From Azolla caroliniana (taxonomy: Eukaryota; Plantae; Polypodiophyta), in NCBI GenBank assembly GCA_043228905.1, contig JBHGNT010000017.1, forward strand, positions 12,772,001-12,836,000: a DNA stretch of 64,000 bases, given 5' to 3'. Shown in pieces: positions 1 through 12,366 of this stretch; the stretch's first letter is position 1; every line of letters begins with the position of its first letter. The notes beneath the pieces are model-generated. The model made no database searches, was not told where the DNA came from, and saw nothing but the letters and a program-made list of their open reading frames with translations. The translations under genes were made by a program, and so were the position numbers.

Positions 1-1087
1 AGAAGGCCCAGGCACAGATCCGGAGCCTGGAAGAAGAGTTAAAAAGGGCTAAAGAATGTGTGGCCATCATGGCTAACAAGGGACAAACTACAAGCGCAGT
101 AATGGAGCCGGTGCCACCGGCTACTTTACAGAAGGAAGCTCTGGAAACAGAGGCACAACCAGTGGTGAGTACAACCCAGGAAAAAGACGCAGAACGAGAA
201 AAGGAAATATCAACCTTAAGGGAAGAACTCGTAGCTCAGGAAGCACTAAGAGAATGAGAGAGAGCAAAAAAGCAAACAACCGAGGAAGAGAAGTAGAGAC
301 TAGAGGAAAATCTCTGGAAAAGTCACGCACATAAGGACCGGCTGAAGGAGGAAAGAGAAAAGCTACTGTAAGAGAAGGATAAGCTCCTAAGAATGCCAGA
401 AATGGGAATAGAGCAGTTGAAGGAAGAAATCCGGCAGCAAAAGGATTGTGAAGATTGGGCATGCTCTCAAATCAATCGGTGCCTTAAATAGAAAACGGAG
501 GATTTCGAAAAGTTGCATAGAGACCACAAGCAAGTAGACACCGAACACAAGAAGCTTGGGTTGGAATGTGACTGGCAACAAGAGAATATAAAAGAAATCT
601 GGACAGAGCTGGCCAAGCTCACAGAGGAGTTGGCGAAGCAACGCAAAAATTAAAATAGGATCCGGACGGTAATAACAGAAACTCTTCCGGATCTATCTGT
701 TCCTATTTTAATTTTAGCTAATTAATTATTACCCGTATAGGTAGGTGTACGGGAGGGTTAAGGTGTAATGTGTATGGTGTGTAAATTCTAAGGTGTGTAA
801 TGTGTAATATGAATGAGTGTGTAAGGATGAGTATGTGTAGGGACACATGCACAATCATATGCATGTGTATAAGAATGCGTAACTGTTACGGTCTTATTTA
901 TAACGGTCATGTAACCGTTGCATTGGATGTATTATATAAACCCCTTATGGGCATGTAACGAACATATCTTTTTCCTCTCTCATTTTTGTGTCATTTCTTA
1001 TTTTCACTCTCGTTTTCTCTCTCTCTAATGTAACCCCCTTGGGAAGGGGGTGAAGCCATTCTAGGCTTCACCCCCCACCCATTAACA
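1..1087 (+). mobile_element. 3' end of a gypsy (OTA-like) LTR retrotransposon: decayed coiled-coil extra ORF, purine-rich tract and 3' LTR (764-1087)
   Basis: The peptide EKEISTLREELVAQEALRE resembles the extra ORFs at 21077-21271 and 24153-24965. GGGAGGGTTAAGG is followed by TGTAATG...ATTAACA, with TATATAAA inside. Confidence 0.6.
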
Positions 1088-1159
1088 CTAATAACTAATA
1101 CTTTCCATTTCTGGCTTGTCCCCCATGTGTCTTTCATACTCCGGCCTCCAACCAACAAC

Positions 1160-2406
1160 TCTGGCACGGAAGAGTGCAAACCGACTAAGTATCGTCAACT
1201 AATCGGGAGTCTCATCTACCTCACGATCACTCGACCTGACCGGAGCTATCCGGTCGGCCTCCTTAACCAATTCATGCAAACTCCGGGGGATATTCATTTC
1301 GATTGCGCTAAGTGAGTGTTATGATACGTGAATGGAACAATGGACTATGGAATTCTCTACCATCGGCCACACCAATTCGACTCGAAGGGTATACGGATAC
1401 CAACTGGGCCGGCGACAGAGCCGATCGATGATCGACCTTCGGATTTGTCTGCCTGCTCGGCAGCGGAGCAATATCTTGGAGTAGTAAGAAGCAGCCTACC
1501 GTCGCACTTTCGAGCACAGAGGCCGAATACAAGGGCGCAACCATGGCTACATGTGAAGCCATATGGTTCAAGAGGATTTTGAAGGATCTAGGCGTTCCTA
1601 TGAAGGATCCGACTCCCTTTTACTATGACAACATGAGCAATATTTATCTAGTTCGGAACCCGGTGTTCCACGCACGCACAAAGCATATTGAAGTGCATTA
1701 TCACTTCATTCGAGAGCACGTTGAGGCCGGAGATGTCGACCTTGAACACATCAACACAAATCTTTAGACAACCAACAACTTCACCAAGGCCCTAAGAGCC
1801 GACAAGCTTCGGCAATTCATGTCAAACCTTGGATATACGATCCCTGACTTGCCAAGCTTGAGGGCGACTACAAGAGAGAGCCGGATACCATCCGAACCGG
1901 GTACGAGCCGAAGTGGACATGGGAGATCGTCCAAACCGACCCGAGTTGAGCTTGAGGGGGCATGCTGAGAATCAAGCTCAACCTAGTGCAAAGTGTGAAC
2001 ACACCCTTTGAGAATATATGATCACTCGAAGGTCAAGAGTCACACCACTACTCTCTACACATTACTATGTGTCATAGAATCATATTCTATGACACATAAC
2101 TAAAGAGTTCCATATTCCCCATGACTATGAGTCGTCACATTCCCCAAGAGAGAGTAGTTATTGTAGTGAGTTAATGAAGAGAGAGGGTGACCTTATATAA
2201 AGCACCCTTCTCCTACTTCATAGAGAGTCAGTTGTGACTCCTTGTAATGCTACATTTTGTATCTCATATTCTCCTTGTGAATATACACTTTCTTCTTGAG
2301 TATTCGATTTTCATTCTATCCAATCTATCTTGTGTTTTCTATTCTCTTCTCTCCTTCCTCTCACACATCTCTTCCGTTGCACAATAATCATATTCGTTTC
2401 TTTACA
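1160..2406 (+). mobile_element. Ty1/copia fragment: RT C-terminus/RNase H, PPT and 3' LTR (1963-2406)
   Basis: YRQLIGSLIYLTITRPD and NPVFHARTKHIEVHYHFIRE motifs; PPT TTGAGGGGG; LTR TG...TTTACA. Same layout as 40969-42392. Confidence 0.85.
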
Positions 2407-3490
2407 CCAATATACTCTATTTTAGGGGTTTGAGTGGTTCCTCCTCTGTCTCCGTCTGCTAGTGTTCCAGCTGCTTCTCCCTTGGCTCTGGCTCTAATTC
2501 TGTTTCTGTTGTTTGCTCCTTGCTCTATGTCACCGGCTTTGTCTCCATCTCATTCACCGGTTGTTGATCCAGTTGTTGCGTTGTGGAGGTCCTTGGATCC
2601 GTCAGTGCCTCTCGTTCATAGCCTTCCAACTCCAATGTGGTTCGTAATTGGTCATCCTCGAATCATTCAAGCAACCTTCAGATCGCATCCATTTGTGCAT
2701 CGGTCAGGGCATAAAAATGATTGGAGAAGTCCTCCCGAATGGTGATAATACTAGCTTCATCCATCTTGTAGAAATTCTCCCCGCTCTTCTTCCAGTTCTT
2801 GGCATCTTCTCGGAGAAGTTTAAATTCAGCCACCTACGTAGCCCATTGTGTCCAGATTTCCGCGGAGCACTCCCTCATCTTCTCTTTCATTTGTTCCAGT
2901 TGAGCTCCGATTATGATCCAGACACGTTGTATGTCCATCTTCACTTTGTCTTCCATTGCCTCTTGTTGGGAATTCGGTCCCTCCGGATGGGATCCGGATG
3001 AGAACCAGAGGAACCGGACCGGATGGATCCGGATGAATCCGGTGTGAACCAGATTCAGGGACATATATGTAAATATGTTTCTAGAGTGCCTTTCATGGCC
3101 ATATTTGTAAATAGTCCCAAAGTCATAAAAGTATCAATATGACTTACAACAATCACTTATGATGTTGTATGTTGTTATCGTTTTACAGAGAAAGACAAAG
3201 ATAGAGATAGAGACAGAGTGAGAGTGAAACATAACTTGTTTTGGTTGTAACCGCCGGTTGGCGAAGACATAGAGCTCGAAGTCATTGTCTTTGAGTCACG
3301 CATTGTATTCTTTATCACATAGTGATATTTGGAGTTTGTGGGCTCCTGTGTTTTTTCCCAATTAGGGTTTTCCATGTAAACATCCTATGTCATGTCTGTT
3401 ATTTGTGTAAGTGCATTTATCTCCATTTCTGTTTTGATCTTCCATTGAGTGTTCATGTCGGTTGTGGCCGAGCGTCTTTTCTTCTCAAAT

Positions 3491-3502
3491 TGGTATCACA
3501 GC
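3491..3502 (+). promoter_or_regulatory. Primer-binding site (PBS), tRNA-iMet
   Basis: TGGTATCACAGC matches canonical TGGTATCAGAGC at 11/12, 3 nt after the LTR end. Confidence 0.85.
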
Positions 3503-3525
3503 AAAGGTTCTAAACCTTGAAGAAA

Positions 3526-5306
3526 ATGGAAGAGTCATTCGGAAGCATGTTCAAGCTCATCGGCTCCAACTACCCAGTGTGGAAGTCGAAGATGAAGGAC
3601 ATGCTCGTGGTCAAAGATCTCTGACTGCCGGTACAGTTTCGGCACAAGAAATCAGACAAGATTGATGCCAAAACATGGGAGGTGATGCATATGAAGACAA
3701 CAGTATATATTAGATGCTTCATTGACATGAGCCTGTACAACAACTTTAATGAAGAAAGCAAGGCTCATGTGCTCTGGGAGAAACTCGCTACCATGTTGGA
3801 GAATAAAAACACCGTAAATCGGGTTTCAATATTCCGGAAGATAGTGAGACTTCGGTACCATGACGGATCCAGGATGGCTGTGTACATGAATGCATTCCAG
3901 GGGCTCATAAATCAAACAAGCTCGAGGGGAGTACCTCTAGCTGACGAGGAACTCGCGTTGTTGTTGCTCGGTTCCCTCTCGGATAGTTGGGAGATGCTAA
4001 TTGTCACTTTGGGCAACGCCGGCCGGGCCAGAAGGAAAACAATTGTCCCTAGCAAGGGTAAAATCAAGTTTTCTAGATGAAGAAATGCGCCGGAATGACC
4101 GAGAGTCCGTTATCGATCCGAAGGCCTTGGTCACGGAAGATGACCATAACCGGGGAAGAGGCCGGAATTGGAGTCCCCAAAACCGGGACAAATCGGGGAC
4201 GAGGTCGAAGTCTATGGGGAGGACCACTTGCTTTTATTAAGGAAAGCCAAGGCACTTCAAGAAGAATTGCCGACACTTCCAGAAAGGCAAAGGGGGAACT
4301 GACGGTTCGGAACCGAAGTAGATTTCGGAGAGAAGAGGAACGTCGACGATCGCGACAAGTGAAGAAGAACTACTGCTAATCACCGAGGAGAGTGAGCTAC
4401 ATCTTGTCAACGACGATACAACATGGGTGGTTGACTCTGGCGTGTCGTCCCATCTAAACCCCGACTAGAAGTGTTTCTCATTGTATAGAGCTAGAGATCA
4501 CATTTCTGTCCGAATGGGAAATGAAGGAGCATGCCAAATCGTCGGCATAGGAGACGTGTGGTTTATGACATCAACCAGGTGCAAGTTGTTGTTGAAAGAT
4601 GTCTGACACGTTCCGGAGATTCGGTTGGACCTGATATCAGTTGGTCTACTAGATGATGAAGGCTACACGGGTAGAATCCCGAACAGAGTCATGAAGTTCC
4701 AGTCAATACCACCGATGAGACGGGTAGCATCCGGAACGGCCGGCAACTAAAACCAAACCACTTTCCAGTCAAGACTAAATGCACCACTGGAACTTGTGCA
4801 TATCGATGTATGCCAAGTGGAAATGACGTCACATGCCGAATCACAGTATTTTGTGGCATTCATAGAAGACCACAACTGGAAGTTGTGGGTCTCACCATTG
4901 AAGACAATGGATTAGGTCTTGTCCGTCTTCAAGGAGTTCCAGGTGAGAGTGGAAAGAGAAACTGATCAGAACTTGACGACGGTTTGAGCGGACAACGAAA
5001 GAGATTACCAGAGACAGTTTGAGGTGTACTGCCGGTCGATGGGAATACAACTCGAATTTACAGTGCCGAAGACACCGGAGTTGAACGGATTGGTTGAAAG
5101 GATGAAAAGGGGTGGGATGGAGAGAGTTTGGAGCATGTTGGCACATGCTAAGATGTCCAAAATGTTTTGAGCTGAGGCGTTGATGACATAGACCTATGTG
5201 ATAAACAGATCACCCTCAGTACCCTTGGAAGGAGACACAGTGCAGAGAGTATGGATCGGTACACACATGTCTTACCGGCATCTGAAGGTGTTCGGTAGTC
5301 TTGCGT
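3526..5306 (+). pseudogene. Copia gag-protease-integrase, with stops and frameshifts
   Basis: MFKLIGSNYPVWKSKMKD gag start, LLLLGSLSDSWE, CCHC knuckle remnant, TPELNGLVERM integrase. Confidence 0.85.
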
Positions 5307-7121
5307 TGTCGTGCCTCTCGGCGCTGGATCGTTACATGAGTCGGGTGGGAACCGCTGGGGTTTTGGACTAGGACAAAGGAGATCGTGAGATAGAGATTAA
5401 TTATGAGTAGATAGCAAAGAGAAAGATAAGAAACTCGTGAATCGCATGAGTATACTATATTAATTGGTACTTTGGTTGATAAGAGAGAAGTAGATGCATA
5501 AATCGTGAATCCCACAAATAATTTTTATATTGATCAATACTTAATCCAAAAAAAATAACCAACCCTTATAAATCTTTCTCTCCTCCTTATATAAGGACGG
5601 AAGAGGCTAAGCATAGCTTCTTGCTTTTCTAAAGTGTTCATGCTCTCTAAATTTGCATGCTTTACTTTTCCCACTACGATTTCCTAAATTTAGCATTCAT
5701 GCCCGCTAGATGTGCATGCGTAATTTTATTAGTGTGCATATAAATAAAGTTTTCACACATTCTAAAAATGCATGACTTACCTTTTAAGAAAGGTAGGTGA
5801 AAATAAAGGTTTTATATGTATTAAATTTATATTTGAAACACTCAGAATAAGTTAGTATAATGGTAAGGTTGGAGTTTGTCTACGTGGAGGTGCAGGGTTT
5901 GAATCCTGCCCTATGCACGTAACAGAAGTTTTAATGTTTCTTTTATTTACAATTGTGTCTCTTCATCCCGTAAGAGACTCTCACCGGCCTTCTTCATCCG
6001 GCTTTTCCTTGCTGATTACTCCTTGCTGGTTTGCCGATTCCTCCTTGCTGGTTCCTCTATGTCCGGTTCTCACCGGGTATTTCATTCTCTATCTGGATGG
6101 ACAAAATGCAATTTCCACGTAGTGTGTAAATTACACTACGACACTCACCCCCTCTAAACCCGCACATCCTCCGGTATGTGCCGAAGTTCCCAATGTTCTA
6201 TAGTCGCCTCCATCCGTATCGCTCTCCGAATCTTCCCTTATGTCGACTACGAGTTGAAGTCCACTTTCTTCGCTATCCGCATCACCACGATCTTTGTCCA
6301 GTTGCTCCTCATTGTTGGTCTCGTCTATGGCTACATAAGATTCATTGTTAGTCCACTTCTTGAAGATCTTCACCCGTTTCCCTGCTATAGGCACTCGTAG
6401 TATCGTTCCATCCAACTCACTTAGTCGGTAAGTTCCGTTCTCGAAAACTTTCCGAACCTCATATGGGCCGAACCACCTTTTTGCGAACTTCCATACCGTT
6501 GTATGTTGATGATCCAAACTACTGTCATAGACAATCACCCAATCTCCTTCTTCAATCTTTCGTGGTCGTAGTCGGTGCTTGGTGTCGAACCAGCTTTTGT
6601 TCCGGAGTCGCGCTTCTTGTTGTCGGCGTGACGCTTCCGCTACATCTTCCGGTCTTCCCTCCAGTTGTCGTATCCAGACCGCTAGTAGTTCTTCCCGGCT
6701 CATCTCTTCCTTCTGTCAGGAATAGTACTAAAGCAGAGATGGAATTAGTACTAAGAAGAGCAGTACTATTAGTACTAAGAGGACGGGACTGCGTAAGATT
6801 CCCGAGAGAGGAAGTGAGAAGAGGAGAGAGAGAGAGATAGCAAGGATGAAAGAGAGAGAAAGATGATGACAACAACTAATATATTATGTGAAAAGATAAG
6901 TACAAGAGGCTAAGAGGCTTAAGACTGGCGTTGAACCAATTTGGTTCAACATAATGCCTAGTGCCTTCTTTTATAGTGTTGTCAGGAGTAATCCTGAAAC
7001 TTCTAGAATGTTCCAGAGAAATTTGGAATATACATTACTTTCTTATAATAAAACATAAATGAAAATAATATCCATAAGGTCATGGGTTCAAGTCTTGCCA
7101 TATCATGACACTATCTCCCCC

Positions 7122-10100
7122 TTAACGACGACGAGTGGAACGAGTCGGCGCTGATTGCGGACCGGGTTTGTCCGGATACTTTTGCTGGAAATCAGCAAGC
7201 AGATCCTGAGCATTGGCAACATGCTCGACGGGTTCCCAAGTGCGTTCGCTTGGAAATAAAACCAACCCAATCGACCAAATAATAAAGTTTGTTGCGAATA
7301 AGTTTCGAATCGAGGATGGCAGCAACTTCATACTCCGGGCCGGCATCCAACTCCAGCGGGGGCGGCGGTGGTGTAACACGATCGGGAATGGTGTTTGCTT
7401 TATAAGGGTCAAGAAGAGAACAATGGAAAACCGGATGTATCTGAAGCTGCGGAGGGAGATCAATGCGGAATGTGACATCATTAACTCTACCCGTAATACG
7501 GAAAGGACCGAGTCGTCGATAATCCAACTTGCCGCACGGTCGAGTAGTCTTGATGTGACAACGTAAGAGCCATACTCGATCTCCGATGGCAAAAGAGGAG
7601 GGAAGCTGATGACGATCCGCGTAAGTCTTTTGTGTCTGTTTAGCATGACGAAGATGAGTCGAGAGATCTTTCTGGATCTTGCGTAGTCTCTCCAAATGAT
7701 CCCCGGCATGAGGATTGGTAGGTAGCTCCAGGGTGTTGATCACCGGCCAACTAGGATGAGAACCGGTATAAGCGTAGAATGGGGAGACTCGAGTAGAGGA
7801 GTGAACAGCATTATTATACGCAAACTCCGCAAAGTGGAGAATCTCGGCCCAATCGTCATGTTGATAACTCAGGAAACACCGGAGATATTGCTCCAGCGTT
7901 TGGTTTGTTCGTTCTGCCTGCCCATTGGTCTGAGGATGGTAGCCGGAGGAGAGGTTGCAAGAGACCTTGAGCATCTTGAAGAGATGCTGCCAAAATTTGG
8001 AGACAAATTGCGGTCCTCGGTCACTGATGATACTGTTTGGGAGGCCATGATGTTGAAATACCTCACGCATGACTAGGGCGGCGGTTTCCTCGCTAGTGAT
8101 GGCCTTAGTACACGGAACAAAATGTGCCATCTTCGTATATCGATCGACGACGGTTAAGATAGCATCGAACCCCTGCGAGACCGGCAGATCTGTGATAAAA
8201 TCAAGACAAATAGACTGCCACGGCTTACTTGGAATCGGTAAGGGTTACAACAAGCCATATGGATGATGTCGTGGCATCTTTGCTTGGCAGCAAGCATCAC
8301 AAGTCCGAACGTAGTCGTCGACAAAACGACGCATGTGGGGCCACCAAAAAGATCGTTGCACTAGCTCCAACGTCTTAGTACTACCGAAATGTCCCGTCGT
8401 ATGGGTGTCGAGACAATGCTGGACGATTTGAAGGCGACAGGAGCAATCGGGGACATATACGCGCTTTTTAAAGAATAACAAACCATCATGATATTCGAAT
8501 TGTTGGTAGTCAATACCTGGTTGTTGAGACTGAGAACAGGATGCCCGAGAAGTATCAATGTGCGCCAGTATGTCTTGAGCAAAACTATCCGTCTTCAAGT
8601 TTGCACATATGTCATCGGTAATCTGTGAATCCATCGGGGTGTGAAAAATCCGCATCGTGTGAAATCGTGTTGGTCCCAAGATTACTTGCTTTTGATTATC
8701 AAATGTTGGATCACCAGGACGAGGTGCAAGATATGAACGCCGTGATAGTGCATCTGCTTTTCCTTGCTGCTTCCCCGGTCGATATGTGATTTTGAAGTCG
8801 AAACGCGTGAGGAATTGCACCCACCGAGCTTGTCGTTGATTTAGTACGCGAGCATTCTGGAAATAAGCAAGATTTTTATGATCACTAAAGACAATGACCT
8901 GATGTGGAGAGCCCTCTAAGAAATGCCGCCATTGCACAAATGAATCCACGATGGCTAATAACTCCTTGTCATGTATTTCGTAGTTGATTTCCGCAACATC
9001 GAATTTGCGCGAATGGAAAGCCACCGGATGCAACTCTTCTTTATCTCCTTGTTGAGAAAGGATGCTACCGAGGGCGAAATCTGAAGTATCGGCCTCCATG
9101 ATGAATGGTTTGCTAGTATCCACATGAGCTTGAATCGGTGCTGATGTAAAGGCTTTCTTAAGATGCCGAAAAGCCATATCTGCTTCAACGGACCAAAGAA
9201 ATGCTTGGTCCTTCTTCGTAAGTTGTGTGAGGGGTAAGATAATCTTCGAGTAATCCTGTATAAACTTACGGTAGAAGTTAGCAAAAGCTAGAAAACATTG
9301 TACATCTCGTACCGACCGTGGAATTTGCCACTCTAGTACAGTTTGGACTTTAGCTGGATCCATGGCGATGCCCTTTGAGGAGATGACGTACCCTAGAAAT
9401 TCCACTTGCTTGCAGTCAAAGCTACATTTTTCTAGCTTGGCATAAAGACCATTCTCGTGGAGTCGCTTTAGTACTAATAGTACATGAGAATCGTGCTCTT
9501 GGTGGGTCTTTGAATAAATCAATAGATCATCAAGATAGATGATCAAACAGATATCCAAGAGGTCTTTGAATATATCATTTGCCATGTGTTGGAAGACTGC
9601 GGGTGCATTGGTTGGGCTGAACGGCATAACAGTATACTCGAAAGGCCCATACCACGTGCGAAAGGCGGTCTTCCATTCATCTCCCGGTCGGATCCGCACG
9701 AGGTTATACGCTCCTCGTAGATCGATTTTGGTAAAAAACTTGGCACCATTAACTCCCTCTAAAAGACTTGATATAAGAGGAAGTGCATACCTATTCCGGA
9801 TGGTGACCTTATTCAATCCGCGGTAATCAACGACGAGACGAAGTGAGCCATCTTTCTTCTTGACAAAGAAGATGGGTGCACCGGCCGGAGATTTCGAATG
9901 ACGGATGAACCCGCTTGCCAAGTTCTCCTCTATGTAGGCTCGAAGGACTTCTAATTCGGTGGGTGACAAGTTGTAAATTGGTCCCCATGGTGGCTCGGTT
10001 CCTGGTGGTAAATCGATGGGGCAGTCATAGGGACGGTGATGAGGAAGGGTACCGGCTTTTACCTTGTCAAATACATCGGCATAAGGATGATATTTTGCCG

Positions 10101-10695
10101 GAAGTTGTACTGAGGAGTCCTTCTTAATAGTGCTGGAAGGATGTACTGATATTGCAAATAGGAACATTGCCTCCTTGTGTCCTTCTTCGCGTAATTGATG
10201 GAGTGAAATGGTCTAAACTCAGTGAGTAGATTCTTGGGGTGGTCGATATCGGACTTCTCTTGTTCTCCAATCTATGGCTGGATTATGTAATTCAAACCAA
10301 GGTAATCCTAGGACAATGGGATGCTCTGGACTACTAATTATATTAAATGATATTACACACACAAAACTACCTAGGACAACTTGAATGGGTTCTGATTCTT
10401 CTACAATATTCCCGGAAGCAATGGGACGACCATCAATAACTACTACAGATGCGGGACAAGGAAGTTTTCTTAGGGATATCTGAGAAGCTTGGGAAAAAAT
10501 TTGATCCATGAAACAGGAATTAGCTCTGGAATCTAAGAGTGCTAGGACGGGTACTGGGGGAGTACTTTTAGTACTAACAATGACTTGGGCTAGGAACACA
10601 TTGCTAACTTGCTTGGAAGGAATGGAACCACTAATGGGCTTTACAGATCTAGGGCTACTGTCCAACCAAACGGCTCCTATTTTGGCTAGACTCAA
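7122..10695 (-). pseudogene. Chromovirus pol (PR-RT-RH-INT-chromodomain), few lesions
   Basis: ALLDSRAN, VVDYRGLN, IYLDDLLI, SDRGPQFVS, GPF, EYEVAAILDS...YLVDWVG...ERTWEP. Confidence 0.92.
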
Positions 10696-11849
10696 TCGTT
10701 TAACTCTTCATCTAATTGACTAAGGATTTCAAATTTGTTTGAGATACTTGGGCTATTAGTACTATGAATACTATCTGACACTCTATTAGTACTATTAAAA
10801 CTATCAGACACTCCGAAGGGAAGAATTGACTCGGGTTTAGTACAGGCGACGATTTGATTTACCTGTCTTCTTGGCCTATGGGGATAATTGATGGCGATAT
10901 GCCCTGGTCCACCGCAATAAAGGCATAATCGATTGGCACGTCGTCGTTTCTTTTCTTCTTCCAATAACGGGCCGCGTCGACGCATGGTGTCGATCTCCAT
11001 CGGTGTCGGAATATTGGCTTGAGGTACATCGTGTGCAAATGGTTTAGCCATGACTGAAGCATATGTGGGTTCCGGCCGAGAGCGTGGTATTTGTAACTGA
11101 CGCTCCGAACGTCGTTCGAAAAGGCGGTTGTCGCATCGGACCGCTCGACTGATTGCCTCCGTAAGAGACTTTGGTTCTTCGGGGAAGGTTAAAAGCAGAT
11201 CTTTGACATCATTGCGCAAGCCGTAGCGAAACTGCTCCATGAGGGCCTGATCATCCCAGGGAATATCTGAGGCGAGTAGACGGAAATCCGCCGCGTAGGC
11301 AGAGGCTAGACGATCGCCTTGACGCAATCTTCGGATCTTGTTGATCATCATCCTGATGTTGTCGGTATCTCCAAAGCAAGCTTTAAACTCACCAATAAAA
11401 TCTTCAAAGTTATTAAGCAAGGGTGATTGTTTTTCTAGAAGCGGAGCGAACCATGCCAAGGCTGAGCCGCTAAGTAACGTGCCTATTAGGCCGACTCGAG
11501 ATGCATCAGTGGGATATCGGGAAGGATGCATCTGGATGACTAAGCGTACCTGATTAAGGAATCCCCGTAATTGCGATCGCGTTCCATCAAATTTCACAGG
11601 AAGTCCAATCTTGAGCTCTTTATGAAATCCTTGGGGACTTGATCCTTATTGTTGCAACGCTGCTTCGAGTTGTTGTACCCGTAATGCTAACTCCCCATGT
11701 TGTTGTTGTGTTTGTTGTTTTTTGAGAGCGATTTGTTGCAGATCCCCTATCAACCGTTGGTTTTCTTGTTCCAGGGCAACAAACTTTTCTTTTAGGCACT
11801 GTAAGTCGGAGAAAATGGATTGATATTCTTGGGCGCTAACAATAGCCAT
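10692..11849 (-). pseudogene. Chromovirus gag (one internal stop)
   Basis: KFDGTRSQLRGFL, TPMEID and CLYCGGPGH motifs. Confidence 0.9.
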
Positions 11850-11908
11850 AGTATAGGGAAAAGGGTAGGAGGATGAGGGAGAACGACAAGTAGGTTGGAG
11901 GAAAGGAA

Positions 11909-11922
11909 AAATTGGTTCAAAC
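11909..11922 (-). promoter_or_regulatory. Self-priming PBS (non-tRNA)
   Basis: GTTTGAACCAATTT abuts the 5' LTR and is complementary to LTR sequence AAATTGGTTCAA about 33 nt after the TATA box. Confidence 0.8.
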
Positions 11923-12366
11923 TGTCAGGAATAGTACTAAAGCAGAGATGGAATTAGTACTAAGAAGAGCAGTACTATTAGTATTAAGAGGACGGGACTG
12001 CGTAAGATTCCCGAGAGAGGAAGTGAGAAGAGGAGAGAGAGAGATAGCGAGGATGGAAGAGAGAGAAAGATGATGACAACAGCTAATATATTATGTGAAA
12101 AGATAAGTACAAGCGGCTAAGAGGCTTAAGACTGGCGTTGAACCAATTTGGTTCAACATAATGCCTAGTGCCTTCTTTTATAGTGTTGTCAGGAGTAATC
12201 CTGAAACTTCTAGAATGTTCCAGAGAAATCTGGAATATACATTACTTTCTTATAATAAAACATAAATGAAAATAATATCCTATGAATTACAATAGATGGT
12301 GTGATGGTTAAGAGTTCGACCCATATACCATAAGGTCATGGGTTTGAGTCTTGCCATATCATGACA

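Larger units (their letters stand above)
6714..12366 (-). mobile_element. Complete chromovirus (Tf1/sushi/Tcn1-like), family B; LTRs 6714-7110 and 11923-12366
   Basis: TG...CA LTRs that are nearly identical apart from a 47-nt deletion in the 3' LTR; TSD CCTTC; PPT AAGGGGGAGATAG; gag, PR, RT (YLDD), RH, INT and chromodomain. Confidence 0.96.

Noticed and set aside
5846-5918. Functional tRNA genes at the A/B-box modules (also 12290, 38470, 44350, 44690, 59175)
   Set aside because: No convincing acceptor or anticodon stems, so they are reported as tRNA-derived promoter modules only.
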